From the sequence record NZ_CP072215.1: a stretch of DNA of 64,000 nucleotides. One strand, written 5' to 3'. The stretch is from a plasmid. Position 1 is the stretch's first letter; each line of letters opens with the position of its first letter. Under the pieces are notes generated by a model. The model saw only the letters and a list, made by a program, of their open reading frames with translations. It searched no databases and had not been told where the DNA came from. Positions 20,529-30,009 of the stretch are shown here, one piece after another. A program made the position numbers and the translations under genes.

Positions 20529-21155
20529 ATGAAAACGAAGAGAACCGTATTTGAAGTGAATGACGTTTATCGGGTGATGGAAAACAGCGAGTTGATTTAT
20601 ACCTTGACGAACAGTGAGAAACTGAAACGTGAAGAATATAAGTATGAACAGATGGAAATAGAAGGATTGTGCTTGTCTGATGTACTGGAAACACTAACAC
20701 CCAGCCGTAAAAAAGTCGCTTATGCGGCGATTGAGCTATATAAACGGCTGAAAGAAGGGCAAGTTGAAAGTCCTGCGCTTTTATCCAGCAATAATGTTTA
20801 TAAAATGATGCATCCTGTTTTGTGCGATATAGCTACTGAAGAGATGTGGGTGCTGTTGCTGAACAGTTCGTCCAAACTCATCCGTAAAGTCCGTATCTCA
20901 TGCGGCGGGATAAATACCGCCCCTGTGGATATACGGGTTATCATGAAGCAGGCATTGTATTATAACGCCGTATCTTTTATCATGGTACATAACCACCCAT
21001 CAGGAGCACGCAAGCCCAGCAGTGCGGATGACCGCTTGACGGAAGCAGTTAAAAAAGCCGCTGAAACATTAGACATCCGTTTGGTTGACCATGTGATTGT
21101 GGCAGGCAATAACTATTATAGCTATGCGGACGAGGGAAGATTGCAAAATAGGTAA
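20529..21155 (+). CDS. RadC-like JAB/MPN domain protein
   Basis: JAMM motif HNHPSG...D and the HVIV C-terminus. Start placed at an internal Met; the upstream extension of the ORF is unlikely to be coding. Confidence 0.75.
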   Translation: MKTKRTVFEVNDVYRVMENSELIYTLTNSEKLKREEYKYEQMEIEGLCLSDVLETLTPSRKKVAYAAIELYKRLKEGQVESPALLSSNNVYKMMHPVLCDIATEEMWVLLLNSSSKLIRKVRISCGGINTAPVDIRVIMKQALYYNAVSFIMVHNHPSGARKPSSADDRLTEAVKKAAETLDIRLVDHVIVAGNNYYSYADEGRLQNR

Positions 21156-21322
21156 GGTGGACGGGAGAAATCCCGTCTGCCCGGGATTTCGGCTTCGGGG
21201 TTCTTTTTTGGCAGTCACCCCAAAAAAGAACCAAAAAAATGCTTCCCGGACTATCGGATGCGACATCGTAAAATACGCAAAGACGTGGCTTTTCAGAATA
21301 AATACATATCTTCGCGCCAAAG

Positions 21323-21742
21323 GTGATCGGAATGAATGTATTTTCTACTTTTGATACAGGCGTTATGGTGGCTCTCTTACTGGGCATTGAGTTTCTTAGA
21401 AGTGATATCCGAACGATTCTCTATTGTAAAAGGAATGATCCCAGGATTCTTAAGAGTTGCTTATATACGCTGCTTATATTATTGACCAGCCTTTATTCTA
21501 TTGTGGCCGGAGCCATGCTTCATCCGGAACCCGTACCTGTTTATGAGTTGATACCCGGTTTTCAATATGGGGTTTATGGCTTTTCTTTTTCGTTTATATT
21601 GCTCGCTGTTGCATGTCTTTATCGTAAAACATTACCTTTTGTCCTTTTGGGCTACGCTATGATATATGTGATCGGTGTATTGATACCACTACTTAGGTAT
21701 GTAGTGTCTATGATGGATTATTTCACTCGCACAAGGGTATAG
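21323..21742 (+). CDS. Hypothetical membrane protein
   Basis: 139 aa with 4 predicted TM segments. Confidence 0.4.
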   Translation: MIGMNVFSTFDTGVMVALLLGIEFLRSDIRTILYCKRNDPRILKSCLYTLLILLTSLYSIVAGAMLHPEPVPVYELIPGFQYGVYGFSFSFILLAVACLYRKTLPFVLLGYAMIYVIGVLIPLLRYVVSMMDYFTRTRV

Positions 21743-22090
21743 CAGGTTAATTTCTTGATTGTATCGGATTGCCCTTTCTGTGGGCTGCCTCCCCCGGCTT
21801 CTTTCCTCCGATCCGAGTCCGGCTTTTTGCTCGGCAAAGGTTTCGGGATTCCGCAAATGGCAAGTTACGGCCATGCGCCTTTACTGTATGGAAAATAACG
21901 ATGAAGAAGTGTCTTCCCGACATTTTCCATAAGTGAAACTTGGCTTATTGCTTGCAATCCAGACCTTGATATGCCGAAAAAAGGCTCAGAACTCAGATGG
22001 GGAATGACATCAAAAAAAAGGTCGGCTGACCAAAGACCTTCCCGATACAAAAAATGAAAAGGTCTTGAATCTAGCTGAAGAATAAATCAG

Positions 22091-22489
22091 ATGTTCAACT
22101 TAAATAATGCTAATATGGAAAATTTGATTACACAAATCAACAAAGAGAGATTGGTTAATAGCGACACAGCTCTTATGATGAAGGAATTATACTATTACGT
22201 GCCTTGTGAGTATTGGTATGACAAACAGGATAGGCTACGCACCGATATTGAGGGAAGGAATACCCCGATGTATATGTGCGAGTGCCCGACACTGGCAGCA
22301 TGTATCCAATGGATGATACAGACTCGTGAATATACGTTTCAAACAGAACAAAACGTGGCGGTCTGGCATGTGGTTGTGAGGGCTGGAGATTATGTGTTGT
22401 ATGACTCCGAAAGTAATGCGGACGCTTTTTGTTGTTTGGAAGAAGCATTGGAAAAAGCGGTACAGGAGTGCATGGAGTTATTGTATTAA
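22091..22489 (+). CDS. Hypothetical protein (Cys-rich)
   Basis: 132-aa ORF preceded by a partial copy of the conserved leader-element 3' module. Confidence 0.4.
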   Translation: MFNLNNANMENLITQINKERLVNSDTALMMKELYYYVPCEYWYDKQDRLRTDIEGRNTPMYMCECPTLAACIQWMIQTREYTFQTEQNVAVWHVVVRAGDYVLYDSESNADAFCCLEEALEKAVQECMELLY

Positions 22490-22601
22490 AATTAAAAAAA
22501 ATCAGTCCCCGTGAAGGGGACTTTCCTATAATCTTGCTGAGAGGTGGAATTGCAGACGATCTTTGAGAATCATCTTTGAAGGATGGGCAGAGGTTTATTC
22601 G

Positions 22602-23198
22602 TTATTTGTTATTTTTGTTCTCGGATTTCAGCGCAATTCCATTCCTTCTTAATAGGCGATATACTGTTCCGCTACTGCCTATGTTTAATATTTTCTGTAT
22701 CTCCCTTACCGGCGTTCCGGATTCATAGAGTTGGATGCAGCTTTTCTGCTTGGCGATGTTGTTTTTGTTGATAAGTGTCTTTCTGCCGAATTTGACACCT
22801 TTTTCCTTGGCGATTCTTCTGCCTTCTTGGGTTCTCTCATAGATAAGGTCTCTTTCAAACTGAGCGAAAGCACCGAGAATGTTGTTCATCAGTTGGCCGA
22901 TTGCGCCTTCCGTACTGATGTTGTCTTGCAGTGAGGTGAATTGGATGCCCCTATTCTTGAAATCTTCCAATAGCGTAAGGATATTCTTCAGCGAACGGCC
23001 AAGCCGGTCCAGCTTATATACGACAAGTGTGTCGCCTTCCCGGAGAAAGCTCAGGCAGGCATCCAGTTCCGGGCGGTTTTGTTGACGTCCGGTCATTTTC
23101 TCAGAGAAGATTTTCTCGCATCCGGCAGCCTTCAACGCTTCCAGTTGCATATCCAGATGTTGTTCCTTGGTGGAAACACGGGCATATCCTATTTTCAT
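22602..23198 (-). CDS. Serine recombinase (Hin/Gin/resolvase-like DNA invertase)
   Basis: MKIGYARVSTKEQ...LDRLGRS catalytic domain and a C-terminal HTH. Confidence 0.9.
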   Translation of the reverse strand: MKIGYARVSTKEQHLDMQLEALKAAGCEKIFSEKMTGRQQNRPELDACLSFLREGDTLVVYKLDRLGRSLKNILTLLEDFKNRGIQFTSLQDNISTEGAIGQLMNNILGAFAQFERDLIYERTQEGRRIAKEKGVKFGRKTLINKNNIAKQKSCIQLYESGTPVREIQKILNIGSSGTVYRLLRRNGIALKSENKNNK

Positions 23199-23239
23199 CC
23201 TGTTTTCGTATTTAAATGTGTAATGAAGGTTTTAATTCT

Positions 23240-23569
23240 TCACTTTTTCAAATATGAAGACATTAATTCTTCATATTCCTCACGGCTGTATTGGTTGAAC
23301 CCCTTTTGCTTCATTGCCAAAAGAAGCCTTTCCAGTTCTCCGATAGTCACTACCTGTTTGCCGATAACGGTAAATTGTTCCCATTCTCCCTTTTCGTTGA
23401 GCAGGTATTCCCGGTGTGCAAAACAGTAAAGAGAACCATCGATGTCATTCCGTTTCTGCCATTGACGCAGGTGCTTCAAACTGGTGAAATCACGGGTGAC
23501 AGTACGTGGAATGGGAACCAATACGTCAATTTCCATCTTGAATTTTATATTCTCTTCCGCTTCTCGCAT
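23240..23569 (-). CDS. Hypothetical protein
   Basis: 109-aa ORF between the recombinase and the RhuM remnant. Confidence 0.35.
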   Translation of the reverse strand: MREAEENIKFKMEIDVLVPIPRTVTRDFTSLKHLRQWQKRNDIDGSLYCFAHREYLLNEKGEWEQFTVIGKQVVTIGELERLLLAMKQKGFNQYSREEYEELMSSYLKK

Positions 23570-23585
23570 GGGTGATTAGCTTATT

Positions 23586-24438
23586 TCATAATACATCAAT
23601 TATCGTATGGGCAGGAAGTTCCAGTTTGGAGAAAGCAAACATTTTCTTGCCCAAATCCTTTAGCGATGCCCCAATATGATATACTTCCGTATTATCAATG
23701 ATTAAGAAGCGGTCATGACTACTTTTGTAGGTTCTAGCTTCAATGGGAGGATATTGGTCATTGTGTTTGTTTAAATCAAGTTGGAGCTGTGCGTTTATTT
23801 TGTGTATAAATAGTAGCTGATACTCCACTGTTTCGTTTGCTCAACATGAGTAACACGGATTCATCTACATAGTTGTCGATAAGCACAAGTGAGCATTTGG
23901 CAGACTTTATTAAATCTGTAGCAAACTTATACGCATCGAATATCTGACCGTCAAAGAATATACCTTCCACCGGAGGCAATGAGGTGCGTACAAAGAAGTC
24001 TATCTTTGCATCATGTTCAGCAATGGTTTTCTCTATTTGGAAGAATCTATTGTTCATTCTATATTCCATGTCATTGAGCCGTTGGTTTATAGAATAACCT
24101 TTCAATAAATATTCTTTTAAAATTTTATTTGCCCATTGCCTGAATTGCGTACCTCTTACGCTTTTAACTCTGTATCCAACTGAAATTATTACGTCTAGAC
24201 TAAAGAACTTGACAGGCTTATCGGAATTAGCAATGTGCAAAAAATGCACATTGCTTTTCTCTTCCAATTCCTTTTCCTTAAAAACATTATTTATATGTTT
24301 GGTAATAACGGTTCTGTCACGTTGAAAAAGTTCTGCTATCTGCGCTTGTGTGAGCCAAACGGTTTCATCTTCTAAACGTACTTCCAACCTTACAGCTTCA
24401 TCCGGTTGGTATAGTATGATTTCTCCTTGCTTCTCCAT
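23586..24438 (-). pseudogene. RhuM-family protein, frameshifted (220-aa + 80-aa overlapping ORFs)
   Basis: The N-terminal 33 aa are identical to the 8603 copy but nucleotide identity is only about 80%. A frame break around 23780-23830 separates the C-terminal 80 aa, which align to the C-terminus of the intact paralog. Confidence 0.6.
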
Positions 24439-24871
24439 TATATGTTTCGCTTTTATTATATTGTTGCAAATGTACGAAAAAGAAACGTTATAAAGTCTGT
24501 TTTTTCCGTAAGTATTACCTTAAAAATTTGTTCCCTTTTTATTTTAATAAAACAGAAACATTCTGCTGTTTTAAAAATCAGTTATCTGTTTGCTATTCAT
24601 AGTTAGGGTATCAAATAACTAAAATTCAAATGGAAACGCAAATCTATATTTTATGCAGATTTGTTTGTTAGAAGCGGAGAAAAGGACACAAGACATGATA
24701 AGAATCATAGGTCGGGGAGCGCCGCACGGCAAGGGGGGCACTAGCCTCCCGACGAGTGCAGCCGTTGGCCGGGTTATCGGTGAAAATGGAAAAAAGTTGG
24801 CTTTTCTTTTGGTATTGTTATAACTTTGTCTATATTTGTGTTGTGATAATCAATTTTAAAGTTATAACATT

Positions 24872-25120
24872 ATGGTAACAAACATTATTCAGATTGGAAA
24901 CAGCAAGGGGATAATACTTCCTTCCGAGATATTGAAACAGTTGCGTTTGTCCTTGAAATCGGCTGTGAGCATTTCTTTGGACGGGAACAATATTGTGATA
25001 AAGGCACAACCACGGCAGGGATGGGCGGAAGCTGCCAAACGTGCCCATGAGAATGGGGATGATGAGTTGCTTATCCCTGATGTGTTTGAGGATGAAAAGT
25101 TTGAGGATTGGACATGGTAG
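24872..25120 (+). CDS. mazE: MazE/AbrB-type antitoxin
   Basis: SpoVT/AbrB-like N-terminus (IQIGNSKGIILPSEIL). Overlaps the downstream toxin start. Confidence 0.7.
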   Translation: MVTNIIQIGNSKGIILPSEILKQLRLSLKSAVSISLDGNNIVIKAQPRQGWAEAAKRAHENGDDELLIPDVFEDEKFEDWTW

Positions 25121-25434
25121 AACAGTATGGAGTGTATTGGGTAGAGTTAGACCCTACCCGTGGGGGTGAAATGGCAAAGACACGGCCATGTGTTGTTGTA
25201 ACTCCTTCAGATTTGAATATGTACCTTACAATAGTAGTCATTGCTCCGATAACCTCCACCATAAGGAACTATCCTTACCGGGTTCTGTGTTCTGTAGCCG
25301 GGCGTGATGGGGAGATAGCCACGGATCAGATTCGCACGGTGGACAAAAGCCGGCTGAAAAGAAAGATTGGAGATTTGAATTTCAGTGAGATAAAAAGACT
25401 GAAGGAAGTGTTTCATCAAATGTTCTGTGAATAA
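25108..25434 (+). CDS. mazF: MazF/PemK-family endoribonuclease toxin
   Basis: GVYWVELDPTRGGEMAKTRPCVVV motif typical of PemK/MazF. Confidence 0.8.
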   Translation: MDMVEQYGVYWVELDPTRGGEMAKTRPCVVVTPSDLNMYLTIVVIAPITSTIRNYPYRVLCSVAGRDGEIATDQIRTVDKSRLKRKIGDLNFSEIKRLKEVFHQMFCE

Positions 25435-25486
25435 TGGAAAGTGTGCAAATAACAGGTTATGTAGCGTATTCAAAAAAGATATTATG

Positions 25487-25882
25487 AAGCCAACTACTTA
25501 TATTAATTGGGACGGTCTGAAAGACATTCCATTCTTCTACTGCGATACAAAGGAAGATGAAGAAAACAAGGATTTCGACATCTATTACCAGGGCAAGCTG
25601 GTGTTGCATGACTACAACCATTGCGGACACTACCTTTACACTGCTGCGCTGCTGTTCAGTAAAATCAGAAACATTACAGCCGACTGGGTGAACCTGCATA
25701 ACCTTTGGATTCTGCGTGATTGCGTGCGCGAGAATTACAATCACGGCATAGGAGTGGACGACCTTATTTTCGGAGAGAATTTCGATGGCAAGAACCTCGA
25801 TACACTCACACCGCTTACCAAGAAACGCTTTGATTATTTGTGTAAGCGGATTAAGGAACTTGACCCATACGCAACAATTTAA
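25487..25882 (+). CDS. Hypothetical protein
   Basis: ORF after the TA module. Start set at an internal Met (MKPTTY). Confidence 0.35.
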   Translation, partial: KPTTYINWDGLKDIPFFYCDTKEDEENKDFDIYYQGKLVLHDYNHCGHYLYTAALLFSKIRNITADWVNLHNLWILRDCVRENYNHGIGVDDLIFGENFDGKNLDTLTPLTKKRFDYLCKRIKELDPYATI

Positions 25883-25981
25883 CACTTCATTGGGCGAAGG
25901 CAGGGCTTGCTGCGGATGCCAGACTTTAAATAATCCATTGGATTAATTATCTTTGCACGCTAATTTTCAAATTATAAAGAA

Positions 25982-26266
25982 ATGACTAAATCGGAAATCG
26001 TAAAGGAAATATCTGCCAGAACCGGCATCGACGGCAAAGCGGTGCTTGCTGTTTTGGAAGGATTCATGAACGAGGTAAAGACTTCGTTGGGTAAGGAGGA
26101 AAATGTCTATCTTCGTGGATTCGGTAGTTTCATAGTGAAGAAGAGAGCGCAAAAGACAGCTCGGAATATCTCTAAGAATACTACTATGATTATTCCGGCT
26201 CATAACATACCGGCATTTAAACCGTCTGACGAATTTTTGAAAATGGTAAAACAACAGAACGCATAA
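25982..26266 (+). CDS. HU/IHF-family DNA-binding protein
   Basis: 94 aa, with the MTKSEIV...GFGSF...R.ARNP-like arm signature. Confidence 0.85.
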   Translation: MTKSEIVKEISARTGIDGKAVLAVLEGFMNEVKTSLGKEENVYLRGFGSFIVKKRAQKTARNISKNTTMIIPAHNIPAFKPSDEFLKMVKQQNA

Positions 26267-26278
26267 TAGGTAAACACA

Positions 26279-26551
26279 ATGAAAGATCAGTTACGATTAT
26301 TGAGAGACTGTATCAATAATGATCGTCCGGCAGTTGTCTTTCAGGGAGACGATTTTTGCGCTCCTGAGATTTTGGAAGCAGCAAAAGAAATTTATCGTAA
26401 ACATGGTTGTTCCGAAGAATTTCTTTTTGACTGGCAGCTGCTTATCAATGAGGTGAAGGCTTACCAGTTAGAAAGTCCGGCAACTGTCAAATTGCCGAAA
26501 CTCTCCCCGACAGAAACGGAACTGGTGCGGGAAGAGATGACTAAACGCTAA
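26279..26551 (+). CDS. Hypothetical protein
   Basis: 90-aa ORF in operon position after HU. Confidence 0.35.
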   Translation: MKDQLRLLRDCINNDRPAVVFQGDDFCAPEILEAAKEIYRKHGCSEEFLFDWQLLINEVKAYQLESPATVKLPKLSPTETELVREEMTKR

Positions 26552-26612
26552 AAAATATTCTCGTTTAATACGCACCTTTTATTCTTCAGGCAGCGTATTG
26601 AACGGGATGGGA

Positions 26613-26990
26613 TTAAAATGTTGGCGAACCTGCTTTTTTCGAAAGTTCCTGCCAATAGTTGAAGTCACTCGGTGAAAGATGCTCTTGCATCCAGTCACGC
26701 ATACCAATATCGTTTCTTTCGTTCACATATCTCGTAAACGGAATCATTGTCTTACATGCTTCAAATCCAAGCATTCTCATATGGCGTGAAATGTTGGGAG
26801 GAAGACCTTCCAACCACTCTTTATAATACATTATCAATCTGTTTTCTTGGATTGGAACCGCTTGTTGGTGGTAAATATAGCTGGCGTTTCCGATTCTAAT
26901 ATCTCTGGCCTTATTTTCCCGTTCTTCTTCAGGTAGCCGACTTAAATATTCAGCTTGTGCTATTCTGCATTTGGAGTTTGGATGTTCCAT
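26613..26990 (-). CDS. Hypothetical protein
   Basis: 125-aa ORF, last of three convergent minus-strand genes. Confidence 0.4.
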   Translation of the reverse strand: MEHPNSKCRIAQAEYLSRLPEEERENKARDIRIGNASYIYHQQAVPIQENRLIMYYKEWLEGLPPNISRHMRMLGFEACKTMIPFTRYVNERNDIGMRDWMQEHLSPSDFNYWQELSKKAGSPTF

Positions 26991-27004
26991 GGTATTTTAT
27001 ATAA

Positions 27005-27331
27005 TTAAGACTCTTCAATGATACGGTTCATCAAATCACATATTTTTTGGCAGCTATGACGGTCTGCGCAAGCAGGATAGGGGCATTTCTCAAAGGATGC
27101 CTGATTATCCGTAACTATGAAACCTCCGGAACGACGTACATAACTTACCGGATGAAAATAAATATCTTCCTTTTTCGGCCTATAAGTACATAGTCTTATA
27201 AGGCTGTTCAGCTCTTTGCAAATTTGCTCACATTTTTCTTTGGGATAATGTGGCAAATCACTGAATGCTTCGTAGGGGACAAAGGCAAATGCTTTGTCAT
27301 CCCACATGACAGGTGTGTAATTCTGTACCAT
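27005..27331 (-). CDS. Hypothetical protein (Cys/His-rich)
   Basis: 108-aa ORF. Confidence 0.4.
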   Translation of the reverse strand: MVQNYTPVMWDDKAFAFVPYEAFSDLPHYPKEKCEQICKELNSLIRLCTYRPKKEDIYFHPVSYVRRSGGFIVTDNQASFEKCPYPACADRHSCQKICDLMNRIIEES

Positions 27332-27376
27332 TTGTTATTTGGAATAAGGATGGCTGGCAGATTCCGTATTTCTGTA

Positions 27377-27631
27377 TCAGTTAGGTAATCCGTCACTATT
27401 TAAGTGCGCCTGGGCAAACTCCCGGAGGTTCGTTTCGGCAATGCACTTTTCATAAATCTCATCCAATACTTCTTGCATATTTTCTACTTTATTGAATTTT
27501 AAGGGGCTGCCGTTTGTTGCGGCTTGCCTTTCCAGTTGTTCGATGATACTGGGAAATATCCCACGCAATAAACCGACGGTAGCTACGGCTGTAGCTGGTT
27601 CTACCTCTATTGTAATCTTTTTCTTTTCCAT
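27377..27631 (-). CDS. Hypothetical protein
   Basis: 84-aa ORF. Confidence 0.35.
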   Translation of the reverse strand: MEKKKITIEVEPATAVATVGLLRGIFPSIIEQLERQAATNGSPLKFNKVENMQEVLDEIYEKCIAETNLREFAQAHLNSDGLPN

Positions 27632-27724
27632 ATCGTTGTATTATGTTATCAAAAGTAATAATTATTAGGATATTGGTAAGCATTTCTTCTGAAAAACTTT
27701 TTAAAGATATTGTTTTAAGATGAC

Positions 27725-28430
27725 ATACTGTGTTTTTGCGTTCACGCAGTATTCTTTCCCACCCTCCCCTTCATCGGAATGACTGTTCTCATTTCCGGTT
27801 TACCCGTAGTCATCCGCTATGCGGCTGATTATGGGCAAACCAGAAAAGAGAAGTTCCAAACGTGGGCGGGATTGCAATGGTCATCATCCGGAGCTTCGGC
27901 ATTGCCGAAACAACCTCCTTCTTCCGTATTGCAGCCCCGTCCTTTTACCGTTTGTCCCGGCAGTCCGTTGCTAACCCGTTCCCCCCTGCCACTTGTGGCA
28001 GGGAGATAGGAATACGGTTTTGCAGGCAAAACCGTATGGCTTGTTTTACTTTCCGTACTGCCCTTTTCCTAGTTTTCTGCCTCCCTTAATGTGCGTTTTT
28101 CATAGCCCCATCTGAGACCCTTTGTTTTTGAACGGCAAATTTATTTCGGTGGATGGATACGAAAGAGTTCCGGTCTTCGCCCTTTGTCCCGAAAAAAATA
28201 ACGCCGGACGGCTTCGCTGTCCCCAACATTTTTTGTCGTCCAAAACTTTTCTTAATCCCTCCTTCCTTATTGTTGTGTGCCGTAAAAAAAAGGCTCATAA
28301 ACTCAGATGGGGCATGAAAGCTCAAAAAAAAAGTCGGCAGAAAGAAAAGGCCATCCCGGAAAGGGGTTTTAAAAAAAGGTCTTTAAATCTAGCTGAAGCA
28401 TAAAATTAGAAGTTTAACAATCCCAAAAAA
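27725..28430 (+). repeat. Conserved structured non-coding leader element, copy C1 (about 700 bp)
   Basis: More than 95% identical to 30790-31485 and 39895-40590. Internal ORFs are not frame-conserved between copies because of indels. Several hairpins show compensatory substitutions between copies. Confidence 0.85.
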
Positions 28431-28439
28431 CAACGAGTT

Positions 28440-28919
28440 ATGTCACGAGTACACTATTTAGAAGGAGATTATGAACAGTTAGTTATTAATGAAACGATAG
28501 ACGGTCTTTTTTCCAGTTATCGTATAGACCGCAATTCATTGCCAAAAGGATTTTTCCTTTATGAGATTAGATGGGATGACAGCTTATCTTCATTGGCAGA
28601 GATTAGCCCCTCTGTGGTGGTGAATCATGCAGGTTCATTCATTACAAAGTCACCCCTTGAATTTGATGCAAACAATAGCATACGGATAACCTATACCAAT
28701 TTTATCGAGTTCTGCCAGTTTGGTGAGTGGGCTTATGAGAAACTGGCTGTATTGGATTGTAATTCCGGTAATGTTGCGGTGATAAGCCCAGACAGGAGAT
28801 TGCAGACCACTGAAGAGATTGAGATTTTTTTGAGTGGGCATTGTGGCTATCATCTGAGTGAGATTAATTGGATGGTGATGAAAGGCGATGTGCTGTTTTT
28901 GAACGAGAACGATTTTTAA
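28440..28919 (+). CDS. Hypothetical protein
   Basis: 159-aa ORF immediately downstream of leader copy C1. Confidence 0.45.
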   Translation: MSRVHYLEGDYEQLVINETIDGLFSSYRIDRNSLPKGFFLYEIRWDDSLSSLAEISPSVVVNHAGSFITKSPLEFDANNSIRITYTNFIEFCQFGEWAYEKLAVLDCNSGNVAVISPDRRLQTTEEIEIFLSGHCGYHLSEINWMVMKGDVLFLNENDF

Positions 28920-28975
28920 TGAGTATAACCGTAACTGCCTCTTGGAATGGGGCAATTACATAAAATATTATAAGT

Positions 28976-29239
28976 ATGAAGTGGATAGATAAGATGGTAG
29001 AACGCATTACCCGAAAAGAAACTGCTTTAAATGACCACTTTTGTGTAAATCGGCATACGGTTGTATGTCAGAGTGGTATGACTGATTATGTTTCTGTAAC
29101 GATTGATAATACCGATGGTTTTGATTTCGATTTTTGGACAAAACAACTTTGTTTTGAGAAGGACTGTAAATATCGCTCGGAGATAAAAGCGGCTTTTGAT
29201 AAAATCTATGGCACAAGGAATATAGAATGTTGTGAATAA
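28976..29239 (+). CDS. Hypothetical Cys-rich protein
   Basis: 87-aa ORF. Confidence 0.4.
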   Translation: MKWIDKMVERITRKETALNDHFCVNRHTVVCQSGMTDYVSVTIDNTDGFDFDFWTKQLCFEKDCKYRSEIKAAFDKIYGTRNIECCE

Positions 29240-29254
29240 TGAAGTCAGAAAAGT

Positions 29255-29980
29255 ATGATACCAAAGGAGATAATGAAACTTTATGAAAAGCTTGCTTTCA
29301 GTCGGGGATATGAAGAAGCCTTTCGGGATTTTTTGGATGTTTGTCTTTACTATTTGTCTGTCGGGATGTTGGCGGAGGATTATCGTAGAGTGGAAAAAAG
29401 ATATAAGCCATATGAAATGGAACTTTTTGTTCAAATGTTTTATAGGGTGTCTGAATATTCGGAAGGATTTTGCGATGTCTTGGGAGATATGTTCATGGAG
29501 TGTGTCAGTCATGGGAATAACGGACAGTTCTTTACCCCGATACACGTTGCTGATTTGATGGCATGTATGGGGGGAAATAGGCTGAAACCTAAACAGTCGG
29601 TCTGTGATTCGTGCTGTGGTTCCGGCAGGATGCTACTTTCCGCTGTAAAAAAATGTGCGGAAGAGAATGATGGAGGAAGGCTTTTTTGTTATGGCTCGGA
29701 TATAGATTTGATTTGTGTAAAGATGACCGTTGTCAATCTGATGATGAATAGCGTACCCGGTGAAGTCGCATGGATGAATACATTGACAATGCAGCATTGG
29801 AGAAGTTATCATATAGATTTACAGCTGATAGCCGGAGTATGGTTGCCTATTTTAAAGATAACGGAAGCAGGTGACACTTCTTTTATTAGGAAACTTGAAA
29901 ATGCAATGGAGGATAATTCTGAATTGAAGAGGTCGATTCAGAGCAACGCAAGGGCTACGCAGCTGACTTTTGATTTTTGA
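29255..29980 (+). CDS. N6-adenine DNA-methyltransferase-like protein lacking the catalytic NPPY/F region (truncated or decoy)
   Basis: HsdM/N6_Mtase-type motifs NGQFFTP and the AdoMet motif I (DSCCGSGRMLL) are present. The protein ends about 90 aa after motif I and no (N/D)PP(F/Y/W) motif is found. Confidence 0.55.
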   Translation: MIPKEIMKLYEKLAFSRGYEEAFRDFLDVCLYYLSVGMLAEDYRRVEKRYKPYEMELFVQMFYRVSEYSEGFCDVLGDMFMECVSHGNNGQFFTPIHVADLMACMGGNRLKPKQSVCDSCCGSGRMLLSAVKKCAEENDGGRLFCYGSDIDLICVKMTVVNLMMNSVPGEVAWMNTLTMQHWRSYHIDLQLIAGVWLPILKITEAGDTSFIRKLENAMEDNSELKRSIQSNARATQLTFDF

Positions 29981-30009
29981 CAAGATAAATATGTAAAAAG
30001 GATTTTGGT

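Noticed and set aside
21198-21240. CTTTTTTGG-N7-CCAAAAAAG hairpins as intrinsic transcription terminators
   Set aside because: The stem is AU-rich and is followed by an A-run on the plus strand and preceded by a T-run on the minus strand. Neither orientation gives a hairpin plus U-tract. The motif is retained as a structural finding but not annotated as a terminator.
22091-22489. The 132-aa Cys-rich protein as a possible anti-CRISPR or anti-defence effector
   Set aside because: The only support is its position behind a partial leader element. It has no motif and no partner gene, so it is kept as hypothetical.
8603-24438. Idea that the two RhuM genes are recent perfect inverted repeats forming a large invertible segment
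   Set aside because: The genes are only about 80% identical at the nucleotide level despite an identical N-terminal peptide, and one copy is frameshifted. They are old paralogs, so homologous inversion between them is unlikely. A site-specific event mediated by the adjacent recombinases remains possible and is reported separately at low interest.
27779-28325. ORFs of 66-93 aa inside the three leader-element copies (27779..28009, 27862..28089, 28086..28325 and equivalents in copies C2 and C3)
   Set aside because: Between copies the frames are broken by 1-bp indels; copy 3, for example, has an extra C in the poly-C run and an extra C in GCCCCTTTG. Substitutions show no codon-position bias. The sequence is conserved at nucleotide level on both strands, which fits structured non-coding DNA or RNA, not protein.
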